The notes under the pieces: generated by a model
The model's database searches: none
The model's input: the letters and a program-made list of their open reading frames with translations, nothing else
What the model was told of the DNA's origin: nothing
Assembly: GCA_000934665.2 (NCBI GenBank)
Contig: JYFJ02001069.1
Location: 1 to 64,000, forward strand
Length of the DNA stretch: 64,000 nt
Reading direction: 5' to 3'
Source: Catajapyx aquilonaris
Taxonomy: Eukaryota
Program-made: the position numbers and the translations under genes
Shown here: one piece after another, positions 12,873 through 27,200 of the stretch
Layout of the letters: every line of letters starts with the position of its first letter
How positions within the stretch are numbered: the first letter of the stretch is position 1

Positions 12873-15270
12873 CACTGGTATCCAAGGATATGAAAGGTGT
12901 TTCCCCCAGAAAGAAAGGGCGTGGAAAAACTGAGTGATCGATCTATCTCCGCCAGCGATGCATTTATAGTCTCTGGATATATGGTTGCCCTCGATACACT
13001 ATACCAATACCAACTATCAATCCATATAGTCCCCCATCCACCCCCACATTGCTCGGATTTCAAGTTTGCTACTCAACTCGGGAAGCGAAACTTTTCCTCG
13101 CTAACTGGCGTTAAAGTTTGTTTAATAGGGTGATTAATGAGAGACGATCGGCGTTTTCAAGATAGAAGAGATGTGTCATAGCCTTTTCCTCAAGTCTCAG
13201 GGGGTGTTCATTAACTGAGGTAGTCGCTAACAGCACTTTGCATCTGAAGAAGATGAATCAAATCACTCACTTTTTTTTTGCGTTTTATTTTCCTTAGAAT
13301 ATACTTACTTCCAAAAAGAGGACAAGCACAAAAGAAGGCCGCAACTTATGAAGACATCGGACTCGATTATTTAAAATGTAAGCTATTAGGCTGAGACGGA
13401 CACTGACGACAGCAACCAATCGAGAAGGATTGTAGCCTACATGCGACAAAAAATGAAATATTTAAAAAAAAGCTAGGTCATCTTCACAAAACAAGACTGG
13501 CAGGTTCCTCGCTGATTGTCTCATAACGATGATACAGTGCAGTTCAGGGAATCTTTCTAATGCTTACAAAAGTTCTGTTGAGAATTCCATGGAATTGTAA
13601 TGGGGGAAGACGTCTACATTAATAGACTCGCGTTGTCTTCTTTTGATTAGCCGAATAAACTAAATGACTTTCAGACGTAATTAGAGCGACGGCCACCCCC
13701 ATTCATGTGCTTTTCAAAAAAAAACAACTAAAAAAAACAATAACAGCTGGCTGCTATAAGAAGGATTCTCGGAACGATCCTGCATGTCAAAAAGAAGCAA
13801 CAAAGAGGTTCGTTAAAAATGTAAGATCTAATCTCGAAGCTTCAGGATCAAAAGCGTACTCAGTAAACGAACACAAATAACAAAGGAGTGGAGAGCACTC
13901 CAAACCAAAGCTGCAAAGTAGACTACAACATGTTACCAAATGAGCGCAGAAATAAAGCCCAAGTCCCATTCAAGCCTCGTTTATTACTACTGGTTGCTGG
14001 CAAGAAAGTGTATCTATGTCTATTCGTAAAGAAAAGTAAACGTCGGGATGGGTCTAAAGAGATCTAAAGAGGATTTTGAGACGGGAAGGAACGTATACAC
14101 AAGTTGGGAGAAGTAAGTTGGAGGACAATTAAATGGAAAATTGGCTTAAGAATCAGATGGAGAAGAGGTGGGTATTAGTTGCGAATGGAGAAGGCAGTGT
14201 TAGCATTAAACAGAAAATTCGTGTAAGCCTACTCTAGCTGAAATGCTTATTAAATGCAATTCCATGACCCAAAACATGATGCGACCATGATTGTCGTTAA
14301 CAAGCAGAAAAGATCTAGTGTTACTTTCCGATCGGCACTGACTGTAATGATGGTAATGTGAGACTGTGACCTCGTACTTGCAGTGTTTAACTGATGCCAT
14401 TGTGTTGCAATTCTGCCTTGGCTGATGAGGTCTGTATAGTCTGGGGTTGTACTAAATGAGTTTTTTTTTCGCGAAACCCTTGTTATGTGAGATCAAAGAA
14501 AAAGTCTTGGTGAATGGCTGGCTGAGAACAATTGGTTGAATGCAACCCACGCGAATCTGATTCTTTGGGCTCCTTCGGACACAAGTCCCAGATTGCCTTT
14601 TGTCGCCATTAGGCAGGAATATTGGCAATAAGTAGTCGGTCCTGGGAAAACGTGGCGTATAGGAAAATAGCCCTGTATACAAAAATAGTCTCGGAGAAAA
14701 AAGAGTAGAAAAATAGTCGTGACAAAGAGGAAAACGGAAAAGGCACGACGACGATAACTTTGATTTCCTCTCCGCGACAATACTTGAGAACATAACATGC
14801 TCTATCGTCGTATACATGTGCAATCTTCCGACAAAGACACGGCTACAGGCACATCCGATATCTCAGACAATCTTCGGCGCAATATTCTGCAGACAAAAGC
14901 AGTCTTTATAATGGGTTTTACAATATCAATTTATCGTTTCAGTCTCTAACTAAAACGAAACATTCGAACCTCTCTACGCTCTATAAGACAACGGGTATCC
15001 TACATTACGTATTTGTTTACACCTTTTACAACGTCCTACAGGTAGTTTTCAGGGAAGAGGTGATTACTCCAGGAAGAATAGCGTCACAAGGGGTATTATT
15101 GTCCTTCTGCTTCTCCATAACATCCGTCACCAGAAGAAGACAGTAAAGAAGTGAAGATAATGCGTGTGTCTGGTGGTGCGTGAGGTTTGTAGGAATCATA
15201 TAGATATTAATATCTACGGTAGGAATGAAAGTAACTGTTGTGGTTGGAGAAGTGAGCGTAATTAGCAGGT

Positions 15271-18200
15271 TCACCAGAAGACCCTCCTGGAGGCGGCAAC
15301 CCTTCCGGCGAGGTGAGCCCTGCTTACCATTCCGGAGCCCAGCTGTTGAAGCAAACCGGAGGAGGATCCGGGAGGTTGATGGTGCCCATGGTGCCCCTGC
15401 TGGCTGGAGGAGAGGCAGCTGGGGGCAGCAGCCATCGAGGGCCTTCTGGACTTGAGGCTGCTCACGCTGGACGACAGCAGGAACGGGATGCTGCTGCTCG
15501 TGTTGGGCATGCTGCCTCCCTGTGTTTGCGGGACAGACACAGGCACCGGGTGTGGATCGCCAGTTCACACACTCATTCACACCCACATGCACCAAGCGAG
15601 GCAGACACACATCTAAAGCATGCACAAGTCAGCATCCAAGTTCGATCTTATCGTCTAACAGTAAGTGCTTAGGGAATACCCCACTTCCAGCTCCAGGGAG
15701 ATGGTGAACGGGTGTGAAATGCAGCGCAATTGCTTCACCGAACATGGTGTAAGCTGGATTGCGTAACCATTCAATTCGAAGGAGTCTGAATATGCCCTTA
15801 GTGAATAGATTGTAGACGGCTTTAAAATCGCTTCAAAATGCTCTCCGAGGCCAATCCAACCGGTGTGCGGAGCAGTGGGCAGAAAATTGGTTACTCTAGC
15901 GTCTCTATCGCCAGAACAAGGTATATGGGCCCCTGAGAAATGTAATATCCGGTCGAATAAGTTATAGGCCTGCATTCCCTGCTGTTTCCTTCACAATTTG
16001 GGTGGACATACAATCTACTCCGGAATTTTTCAAGTTCCAAAATAATAATGTCACCTTCGTTGCCCTTGCGTAATATTGACTACAACAATAACGTCATTCG
16101 GAGCTGTAAAAATAGTGTATTTACTGATGTAATCTACTATTTTCTAGGCACAACTAAATTATGCTTCAGACAGAACTCTCTTCAGATCCATATGCATTTG
16201 CAGTCCTGGGTGTTACAGAAGAGAAGTTAGTCCCCGCACTTCGGAAGCAGGTGAGTGTCGAGAGACGCTTAGATTGTCTACCTGCTATGGCGGAGACAGA
16301 AGGCGGTTAACGAAGTTTCCCCCACTCAGCAGGGAAGCGACTGATAAAACCAGAGTTTGCACGCGGATACCAACACCTAACTTTCGCCCGTGAAAAACAG
16401 CAACGTTAATTTAGTTAAAAAAAAATCGCCTGCAACTATTGCAACATCATACAGCTGGTCCAAACTTCCAGCAAATGTCCCAAAAGTAAACACCCCGATT
16501 GTGTGATTCTATTAGACTGACAACAGGCTTTGGCAGTAATCGACTTGGAAGCCAAGAATGTTGTGAGCGGGCTGCAAACATGCGGCCTATTTTCTCGTTT
16601 CTTCAAGTTCACTCAAGAGAGAAACGATTGAGCTCACCAACTGCCTGAAATTGGAGTCACAACAACGACCCCGGACGACTCTAATTTGATTTTCTCTTGC
16701 TCCAAATAAGGCCTCTTATCCGTGTGACCGATTACTACAACGAGCCATTTCGTGTTTGCAATTTTAGCAATTTTTATCAATTTTAGCAGAAGTATATCCT
16801 GAGAATGCGGCAACACCCACGACAAGATAGCCGCATTGGTTATCTAACGGCCAGGATGAACCAGTAATATTCTCCTGGGGTCGAAATGTTATTAGCCAAT
16901 TTGTCTCAATTACGTGCTGGATGAGTTTTGGCACACTAGTTAGAGCCAATTGGCGGTTGATCGATTTCAGTTGTTGTGGGAATACGAAAACTCTATTATA
17001 AGAGTTGGAAGTTAAGGGTGGACCACTAGGAACGCATCGTGTTTTTAAGAAGATCAATATTTCGACCTCAGGTGCACTCAAGACGCTCTTGAAGGGCGGA
17101 CTGGCTCTTACCAAGATTACTAGTCTGGACACAGTAATCTTGCAGTGGAGCATCGGAAATACACATTTTCCACCCAAAAATGACAAACCGTGCATCTTGC
17201 AGATTAAATAGCATCTATTGTGTATCCTACAGCCATGCATTAACGAGCATTACAAAAAAAGCACATGATAAATGCAAGTAGCAGATAGACTCAACATGAA
17301 CTGAGTACTTACAATCATATTCCGAGCCAGCTTGGGGATAGAAGAGAAACAAGCCCTAATTACACCAAGTCGATGGTAAGCTCTTAAGTTGCCTGGCATC
17401 CCCAATTAGCATGTAGCCAAGTCGCTAAACTAAACGTGACACTACAGAGGCCAATAATTTCTGTTAACATTCGGGCACAATAAAGCGGAGGCTAATTAAT
17501 GAGCCTAATCCTGATGTTGTGCGGCTGGCTGGTGGCATTGATTGACCACAACTAGATTTCCCCATTAGTCACATTTTCCTTCCCCTTACACAATGGTGGC
17601 ACCGAGGGTTCAAGACAATTACGACGGAGGCTAATTCCGCCTTTGTTGTACCGGTAATTACGCGCGGTCTGCTGTCAAACAACATGAGCGTCTTTGCCGG
17701 CCCCGAATTAGTCGCATGTAACTCACGGTGGGTGGAGAGAGGTTGATGGTGGATGCTCTGCGCTCCTGAGGTCCGATGCTGGAGTGCCTCCGGATGGGCA
17801 GCGTACCGGTCCGGGTGTCCCCAGGAGAGGACGCGCAGGACGGAGCCACGCGGATCTTGGGCGCCATCAGGGCGTTGTCGGACGCACGACGGTTGGGCAG
17901 GAAAGTCGTTGCAGAGTGGACACGCAGGAAGTTGCTGTCCGGTGATGACGGACCAGTCAATGATATCGAATCTGCAGAAAAAAATTGTGTACTGTACATC
18001 CAGTTCATTGATGGAAAGCTCCAGATCCGCGTGGAAAGAGATAACCTTGTGGCTTGCTCCACCCACGCTTCCCTGGAGCCCTTTTTATCCACCTGGTTAC
18101 CACGTGCCACCCACGCCAACAACGCCCACACTGCTCTGCATCAGCATCAGCTGTGAGAGGGCTATAAATAGATTCATGGTCGCATGCTAACACGCACCGT

Positions 18201-21200
18201 TCGAGTTCTTCCTGGCCATGTCTTCTGCGCTGGATGTCTTCCGTTGCTCGATCCGGAGGTTGGGGATGTTGAAGGCAGGCATGTGCATGTTGTCCGAACT
18301 GTGCTGGTGTCGTAGAGGTCGGTGTCTTTCGGGGCTGGGCAGCGAGAGGTTGTCCAACTTCAGCTTGTTTCGCTGATGCCTGCATGTCATGGCACGCTTG
18401 TTATTTTATTCAGGAGAGTCTGATTAGCGAAATGGGACAATGTCAACTGCGCTGGAGCACGCACTATAGTGGGTTTGACAGCCAATGAGGGGGTGTTATT
18501 TACAGGGTGGTGTCAGCCCACCATCATCAGTTATTGATACCCTTGATGGACTGGAATGGTGCGGGACCCCATCTTGGGGACACGCCAGATTAGATTGGGC
18601 GACAACATGATTGCGCGTCTTTAGAATGAGAATGGTTCAGCTCAGGAGATATTTCATTTGAGGAGGACGTGCAGGAATGGCAGGCTTTCTGGCTCATTGA
18701 CCAACTGGAGGACTCTTTCTTGACTAGGAGAAAAGGCGCTCCATTCCTCTCCTTGCCTCGCCCCCTTTCCTTAGCTTCCTTCCCTAACCCCCCTCCCCCC
18801 TTTCTCCTCTCTTTCTTTCACCCTTGCCATCTATCCATCCGTCTATCATCGATCCATGTCCCGAAAGAGCACAGATTTCAAAAGCCCAGTTGCTTTCTGA
18901 AGAGGCAAACCCCATCACTCGGAGCGAATATGCTATTCACAGAGGTGATACGTCAAGAGATGATTCGAATCATCTCAAACGTGACTAATCCTAATCAAAT
19001 AGCACTCCCACCAGAAACATTACATTTCATTCTATATATACACACTGTGACGCAGAAAAACAGTCTATATATATTTGATATCCTTACCTGTCAATGTGAT
19101 CCAGCATCTCCTGCAACACTTCCAGAAGGTTGATAAACTGGTCCAGGTTGAGTGAAGGGTTGATCGTCTGGGGAAGCAGAGATGGCATCACCCTGGTGGC
19201 CATGAGGTTCACCGACAGCCCGAACTTTTTGTCGCTCAGCATCAGGCGATAGATATCTGACGGGGAAGCGGAAATTGCATACAGGCGTACTCTCTAGCGA
19301 TTTCCAGGCTGTACACGGCTAAATGCAGCAGTCTCACTTACTGACAACCTTGAGGGTTATCTCTGGGTCCTGAAGTCGCACCTCCCAGAGAAGAGGCAGG
19401 ACATCGTCTATGATCATAGAGCGGTCCAGTTTGTCTAAGACCTTCTCGGCGCATGAAAGCACGTTCAGTACGATCTTAATGTCAGCCTGGTTCTTTTCGA
19501 ACACCGCCTTTGTCTTGGGCATCACCATCTTTCTGATGGCCGTCTCATCGATGTAGTCTGAGCAGTTGGTGACGGCCACCAAGGCCGCGCTCTGCAATAG
19601 GACAGGTTGTTATCTATTGTGGTAAAGAGGGTCAGATTGCCTCACTCACCTGCACTTGTAAGGTGCTGCTCTCGAATGCGTTGTAGAGCATCGGCAGCAC
19701 GTCGGATCTGATCTCGTCCTTTGGGTGCTTCTCCAGGATAATATGCAGGTTTTCAAGGAGTGTGACCGTGGCCTGTATAGACTTGGGCAGGGCAAACACG
19801 TTCCTGAGATGGGGAAAAAAGACACATGTGGACCTTAAATCAGAAAAATAAATTAAGACAAACAGACCTGAATGTGGGAAGAACAAGGCCCTGGTACTCT
19901 TCGCAGGTGCATTCTTGCACCAGAGCTAACACTGGCTGCAACACAGCCGCTAACACCTCTTGAGCTTTCATCTCCATCTGCAAACACGGCCACACGTGCT
20001 GGAACCACAGTTTCTGTAATAAAAGTGGCTCGCTCATTTGCTGTTTTTTTCCGAAGTGTGCAACGCAATCGCCCATCAACCATAGGAATGTTCTCATTAG
20101 ACTCCTGGCCATCCACATTCCCCACATCATTACGGGGCCTGCTTGTTTTTGGCCACCATCATGTGTTAATAATTGCCATCCATTAGTCTGCCCATCATCA
20201 AACCAACAAAGCTTCCGTTCCCTTTCAGATTCAATTTATACATTGTACCGACCTTGACGCCATTATTTAAAACAAATTGTTACGAATCGGTTTGCTGGAC
20301 TCGATCGAACTAATTAAAGGAGCTTGAGTTACGAACACTTCCACAGCTACATAATGTGCAACGTCCTGTTGATTCATTGCAATGCTTCCTACTGCTACTA
20401 GAAAGTAATTTTATCACCACTGCTGTAGTTACACCCCAAAATTTAGCTGCTAATAATTTTCTAACTTTCTGGCACGAAACTTCCAAAGTGTTATCGTAGT
20501 TGATGACTACCATATAATTTGCGCCATTTTCTTGGCTTCACCTTTCGTGTACAAAAAAAGGGTCCCTGCAATTGGACCATTGATTATTATAGGCATGCTC
20601 TGCGACAAAAAAAAGGGAACATGCTCCTCGACAAAAGAGTCGATTCCGGAAAGCGCTGTGCGACTGAAGGTTGTTTTTTTAACTTCGACAGAAAAATGTC
20701 AATCAAAAACGCTATTATTGAGTGTACACAAAATTTTAATGACATTGCTTAATAAACAATTGTGTCGCACCCTAAATGTCCTTGACCGACCAGCTTGCAA
20801 GGCATATAGAACCTGCAACTGTAAGCCTAGTCGTTTCACCAGCTTTCGGTAACGACGTCAAGAAAATATTACATAAGTAATGACGACGCATCCTCCAGTG
20901 CATGGAGTGTGTAAACTGGCTCCAAGCAATTACCAGCATTGAATAACCATTACCGTGCGAAAGGCAAGGTCGTAATCAATTACTAGGACGTAATGGTGTG
21001 TAACTCGGCGGCAATCGGAGGTGCAGTCTCTGGTGGTCCATCCAAAATGAGCTCCTGATTTCTGCCGCCATAATGCGCCATAAATATGCATGAGTCGCGT
21101 CAAGAGGAGGAGACGACCTTGCACTTGGGCATGATATGGCGCCGCTATCATTTCATAGAGTTGGACTCACCCTGGGGATGTAGGGTAGCACTTCTTTCAA

Positions 21201-24200
21201 GGTGTTGCGATAAAAATGGGCCTTCTGAGTTGGATCCTTCATGTTGATCACGTCCAGAAATTGAAGGGCGTACACTACAGGGTCGCTGAAAAATATTAGG
21301 AGACAACAATGTTCAACCTGCAAATGTGCAACAAAACGAGCCATAATATTAGGAAAAGGACTGAACTGTGCCAGGAGATGAGATTTGGGGAAGCGATGCG
21401 TAGGGAAATTACACGGTCTGACGGCTCGTTTAACAACCCGATTTGTCGATACTGGGCGACTCAAAAATATATCGTTGGCCCATTCATGTCCCAACCGATA
21501 TTTACTGCGCCAAAAGAAACTTTCGACACCGGTTTTTTTTCGGGGTAAAATTCGACACATTTTGAGGGCAGCCAATGGGAAGCGTGTGTTGCATCCTTCA
21601 TCATCGTCTCATCCTCTTTTCACCGGCCAACAGTTAATCCGACACGTCGCGCTTTCTTTCCTTCCTACCTCCACGTCTCGTGATATCAGATATCTCTCGC
21701 AGTATCCGCCCAACATCTAACTTTCTTTTTGCTGTGATATAGGCTGCGATGCTTAGAACCATGGTGAGAGAGGAGTGCAAAAAAAAACTATTCCAAAACT
21801 TAATATTGTAACATATAAATTTTAGAGATAGAAAAATTCTTCACTGTGAGAAATATGTTAATTGGGTCGAAAGTAATGAACATTTTACACGTATATAAAA
21901 AAATAGGTGATTTTCGTGGCTTAGAATATATTAATGATGAAGTAATCCGATACATGGTTTCATGCATATTAGGGGGGAATTGATCTGGTAGCAGTATATA
22001 ATTAATTAGCACCTGATTCAAAGTTTGAATAATTACCTCACATGAGGGGGATAGTAATAAAATTACAGCTGAAGAATCTGGGATGTACAAAAGCGGTGTA
22101 GTATCAATTTCATGATCTTCTTAAAGCTTTCTCGCATAATTGCGAGTGTCAAATGTGTCAGACACACTTTGTTATATAATCATTGTATGTTACTGGACTG
22201 TATAGTAAGGTCTGGTCAATCCCTTTAAGAAACTATTGCAGTCCACCCACTGACAAGTGAGTTTTCAAACTTTCCACTTCTGGTGTGCTTCTGGTAGAGG
22301 GAGAAGGAGGCTCAAAATGGAACCAGTTGTTCGGGGAAGTGGTCTGAAGTAAACTTTTCACCTCCGTTTCCCTAACAGTGCATTTTCCAGTATGCTACCA
22401 TATATCTTTCATGATTTGCTGATGAGCCGTGTGTCTGTGGTAAAATGACTATTAAAATGTGATCGTGAGATAGGCTAAATACTGAACTTTAGGGCTGGGC
22501 ATATGATGAATGTAAATTATTGTACCCCTGAAGAAGAGGCAGATTTCCTGAAATTCGCACATCGGGTTGTACTTACTGTACTTCACATTCCTGGTGCATT
22601 TGAAGGTTATGAACGACCAGTTGCGCAATGTAAGGCTGTAATACGGGCATGATTGGAACAAAAAACCGCCGCAGTTAGTATTGTCATATTGGAAAAGAAT
22701 ACACAAAAGAGATCCGAAGTTTCAGTCCAGGACAGATCGATGTTTCTTTCCCCGAAGCCTATTGCAGCTAATAATAACACAGTAATATCCGTTCCATACA
22801 CAAAAATAGTAAAGGGGATGTATCTTGCTACATCACCGGTAAAATCCTCCGGATGTCCTTCTGCAATGTATGCAATCAAGGTCACCAAGGGTAGATGGAA
22901 TATCAATTTTTTTCCTGCATGGAGATTATTATCAGCAGGCAATGAGGGACTGTCCCCCATAGCCACATAAATTGCTATCCCGTATACGAAATGAGCGGCG
23001 GAAGCATTGCTGATATACCTGGAACCAGGGATGACCTAGTTGAATCATTCGCCAATTACAACAGCGGTTCATTCACACACTCACACTGCAGCTGGCCTTT
23101 TTCCTGCCAGGCACTACCCAATTTTTGTTTATATCTGGGTCATTAGTCTCATTAGCCATCAGCTTCCGCAAACCCTCGGGCTAGTTCACACAAAAGAGGA
23201 GGACAAAAATATCGCAATACGATTCCTCTTTGTCCCCATATTGTTTCTATACAACAACACAGCAAAGGGCGGTCGATCAAAACGTCTATACATTTCCAAG
23301 TCTCAGGAATTTCCTTTGGTAGAGACGAGACCTGCCTCTTCCCCAAGCGGTTTAGGAATGGAGGCCAAAGTTTGGGATAAAATAGTTTTGAGGGGGGCAG
23401 AAGAAAAGAAGGCAGTTTTGAGAGCGATCGCTTCCAATCACATGGCAGACATATTTGCTGAATCGATTTGCCAGGAAAAAGAGTCTAGGAGAAGGGCTTA
23501 GTCGGGCCTAAGCTTCGAATAGCGAATGCCTGCCTCAGGCTCCACATATATGCGATGGTGGGCATAGGGACAGAAAAAGTGCCACCCTCTCTTTCCCTGT
23601 AGATTCCCTCTAAATGGAATCCTTTTTTTACTCCGGCACATCCCATTCCCCTGTCCATTTCAGCTTCGTCGCCCAGTAGATCAACCCGACTGAATTTCAT
23701 TGCTTTACTGTCACGCTCCATCCAACTCCGCTCAAATCCGCTGCTAGATGGCACTACATCCGCCTGCATCGCCCCCTGCTGGCCTAGTAATGAACTGCAT
23801 GGAGCATTGTCCGCAACATTATTCTGTCCCGTCTATCTCCTGGCCCATTTTCAAGGGAGGATAATCCATCTTTGGACCACCTCATCCATTCCGTAGCACA
23901 AACGACGCTCAAGCATTGCATCGGGTAGCGATGATTAATGACTGGCTTCAACGGTGTAGGAGTGCGGAAGACCAAGCTCAGGATATATTCCTTTCCAGAG
24001 GAAATTCTCAGACCGTAATCAAGCCGACTTCCTCCTGACGCGTGACATTCATTAGGCCTCTAATTTCCCAGAACACCTATAATAAGAGAGAAGTGGCTGA
24101 CCTGAAGAACTTGATGAGCGAAAGGAGTTGGGCAGTTGGCCTCTGACGGGTGTCCTTGCTCAGAAGACGCACCATGGCTTCTTGCAGACCCGGAGGAATC

Positions 24201-27200
24201 TTGGGCAGCACATTATGCAGTTGCTCCTCTAGCTGCAGAAGAAAATTACCACTGGTTATACATGTACAGCAATTCTAGCCCAAAACCGTTTCATCCTTTC
24301 TAACGACCTCATCTTGGTCAACAATAAAGAAACGAAATGTTTCGCCAATCTGAGCACGTCGCTCACAATTTAAGATATGAGGCGTAGATGGGATTTTTTT
24401 TCCTCTCTTAGTAGTTCTGCAAGACGACTAGCGGAGATGTAGACAGGAAGTGCTAATAAGACCGCTGGAGGCCATTTCAAGATGTAGAGAATTTCCTCCG
24501 GCTCCGTCAGCAAACTTCCACCATAAAATGAAGCACTTCTGCACTGCCACGTCATATAAGCACGCTCGCTATCATCATATCCCCCAGTCATTTTGCCAGA
24601 AAATGTGTCCTGCATCCCCGTGCAAGCCCCGGCACAGTCAATATTGATACGCCACATAAAAATGTGCAATAATCACATTATGCATGCAAATGTTTCGCAG
24701 ATGTCAACAATGTATGGGACTATTTAAATCTGGTCGCACGACACCTGTTTGCCTGATAAATATTGCAAAAAAAAACTTTGCTAAAAAAGAGAAGAGGACC
24801 AGACTGAGAAATAGCAAGGAATTGATTCTGAGGCTCAGCTAAGAATGTATTAGAAGATCAAATATTGGGTCCTGGGGGGTGGGAAAAAGGGGCGGGAGGG
24901 GTGGAGGGGTAGATGTAGAGAGGGTGGGGTAATGCGAGGGCAATTATTGACCGATGGAGGGCTGACGAGATCGCAGTGTGTACTTTTGCTCCGACCTCGT
25001 TCTCCCAAACCAAATTGCTTCTGCTCTACTGGCATCCACGTCTCTATGCTATTCTTCAAGTGCATCGCACACTAATCCCAGATTCGCGTATCATTCGTTC
25101 GAGAGAGTTGGATACCCCAAACAAACTGGGTTGTAAAATGGCTGAAAATGCAGAGAGTGGTGTAGCCTATATAGTGGGTTGTCAGCTGCAACCTGTTGAT
25201 CTTTCTATGGGAGATGGCACGTCGAAAACACTGACCAACATTATGCGACGGGACACACAGGACGTGCGGTTGGGAATACACGGCAGGCTAAACTAATGGG
25301 AACTGTTATGTAACAATGCGATAGAACGGTGTTAATTAATATATTAGGTAACAGCGCCATAACCGTGATTACGTATGCAGTTTGAAAACAAAATCGAAAA
25401 TGCTGCGAGAGCTACAGGTTACTTGTTGCGTGATGTTTGCTTTTATGCCGTTATTTTACTGTTCAGGTGTACAAAAAATGCAGGTAATTATACTGAGCTT
25501 GTGAACATGATAAATCATATCCATCGCAAAACAATCAGAGGTAAAAATATTGCATCATGCACCATGCGTCATATTCATAACTATAAATACATTTACGCCT
25601 ACATGTAGGCGTAAATGTATTTATAGCTGTAGCTACAGTATAAAATATGCGGAATATCATGTTTGCTTCACCTAGCTAGATATTATAGCTAAAATGGTAC
25701 TTTCACCTAAATGTCATTGCGCCTAATGATCTGTTGAAAAGCTGAGGCCCATTTTGCAAAAGGAGCACGTAAGTCCTTTCCTCCTATTCATTGCAGTCTA
25801 TTTTGGTAGCTAATTCGCCTTTATAAGAGCAAGTGAATCGCGAAATAAAAAAAAAGGGTCGTTGCGATACCTGAGAAGTCTCTTTCATCCCCACGCGGTG
25901 TGGGTGGAAAACACTATAGACTGCAATCCAGAAGAGTAGCCTGTGCTATCGGAAGCATCGCCTATGGATCGAGGATGGTCCAGAGGGAGATTAATGGGGG
26001 TGGGTCGACTTGTGCCGTGGTTCCGAGAGATTACGACACTGAAAGCTCTTAATCTAGAGTTCACTTGATCTCTTTCAGAGGAGTTAATTAATAGTCCGGT
26101 TCATGAGCAGCCTGATTAGGCGTAATCCCAAACCATGTCCAGCCATCCTCGTTTTTATAGCATCCACTTAATCCTCCCTCCATTTTTACCTCCCGAGTTC
26201 TATTCAAATTGAAAGCCAGTTGCTTGCTATCTGGAAACTCATGGCGAATCAGCTTTGAAAGGGCTTCTTATTTACTGTACCCAGCTCTTTGATGCTGTGT
26301 TTCGAGGGGCCTGAGTGGCGCGTCGGTTGACGCCGAATTATTCACTGTGGTTTTGCTCGTTTATGAACAGATTTATACGTTTCCAAAGTTATAATTAGAA
26401 TTGGCCGAATTATTTTCCTACCTGCTTAGAGGTATTTGCATGTAAATTCTCTGGGCTTAGTGTATCATGCATCAACACCCTGGGAGCGTGTCACATTGCA
26501 TGGGCATTGATTGTGCAGGGTTGGTGACTGTTATGTGCAAATGAGACGCTCATCCATCTGGACGGGCCTTTCCCAATTGAGTATATCAGGTTGCTAGACA
26601 GGAGACGCCATCAGCCCTCAATCAAGTCGAACATAATGGGGGGTTGAAAGCTATATCACGGACATGTAGCCAACAATAATCACATTGTGTACTTGACGGA
26701 TGACATGCAAAATAGAACTAAATGAACTCACAACTTCCAGCTGCTTCAGATAGACAGAGCTGCTATGGTTGCCTTGTAGTAACGATTTTCCTTGGTTAAA
26801 TATGGCGCATATCACCATTCCCAGGGAAAACATGTCGCTGAGGATACTGCACACTGAACTGGTCTGCACTTCAGGGGCTAAGTAATTGGAACAGAAAGTC
26901 ACACCATCGCACCTGAGGTAATGCGTATATCTCCGAGCTCACCTGTAAAGTCCAAATCTGGCTGCGCCATTTTCGGGAGCCTAGATGTCCAAGGTTGACA
27001 GGGAATAGGCTCCAGGCCATCCACATCGCTAATTCTCTCTATGCACAAAAAATAGAAAAAAGAGACCTTCATTTTCAAGCCCTCTCACTCTCTGTGCGGA
27101 GCATGCCACGCAAACGCCACTTTGAAGTCTAATGAGGCAGCAACAACACTCTGGTTAATTGACTAACCTAATAGCGAAACAGCCCCAAGACACAATTGTC

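Noticed and set aside
15026..15625. 199-aa minus ORF overlapping the SCYL2-like last exon
   Set aside because: Alternative frame of a GC-rich exon; the splice phase supports the GGSMPNTSSS frame.
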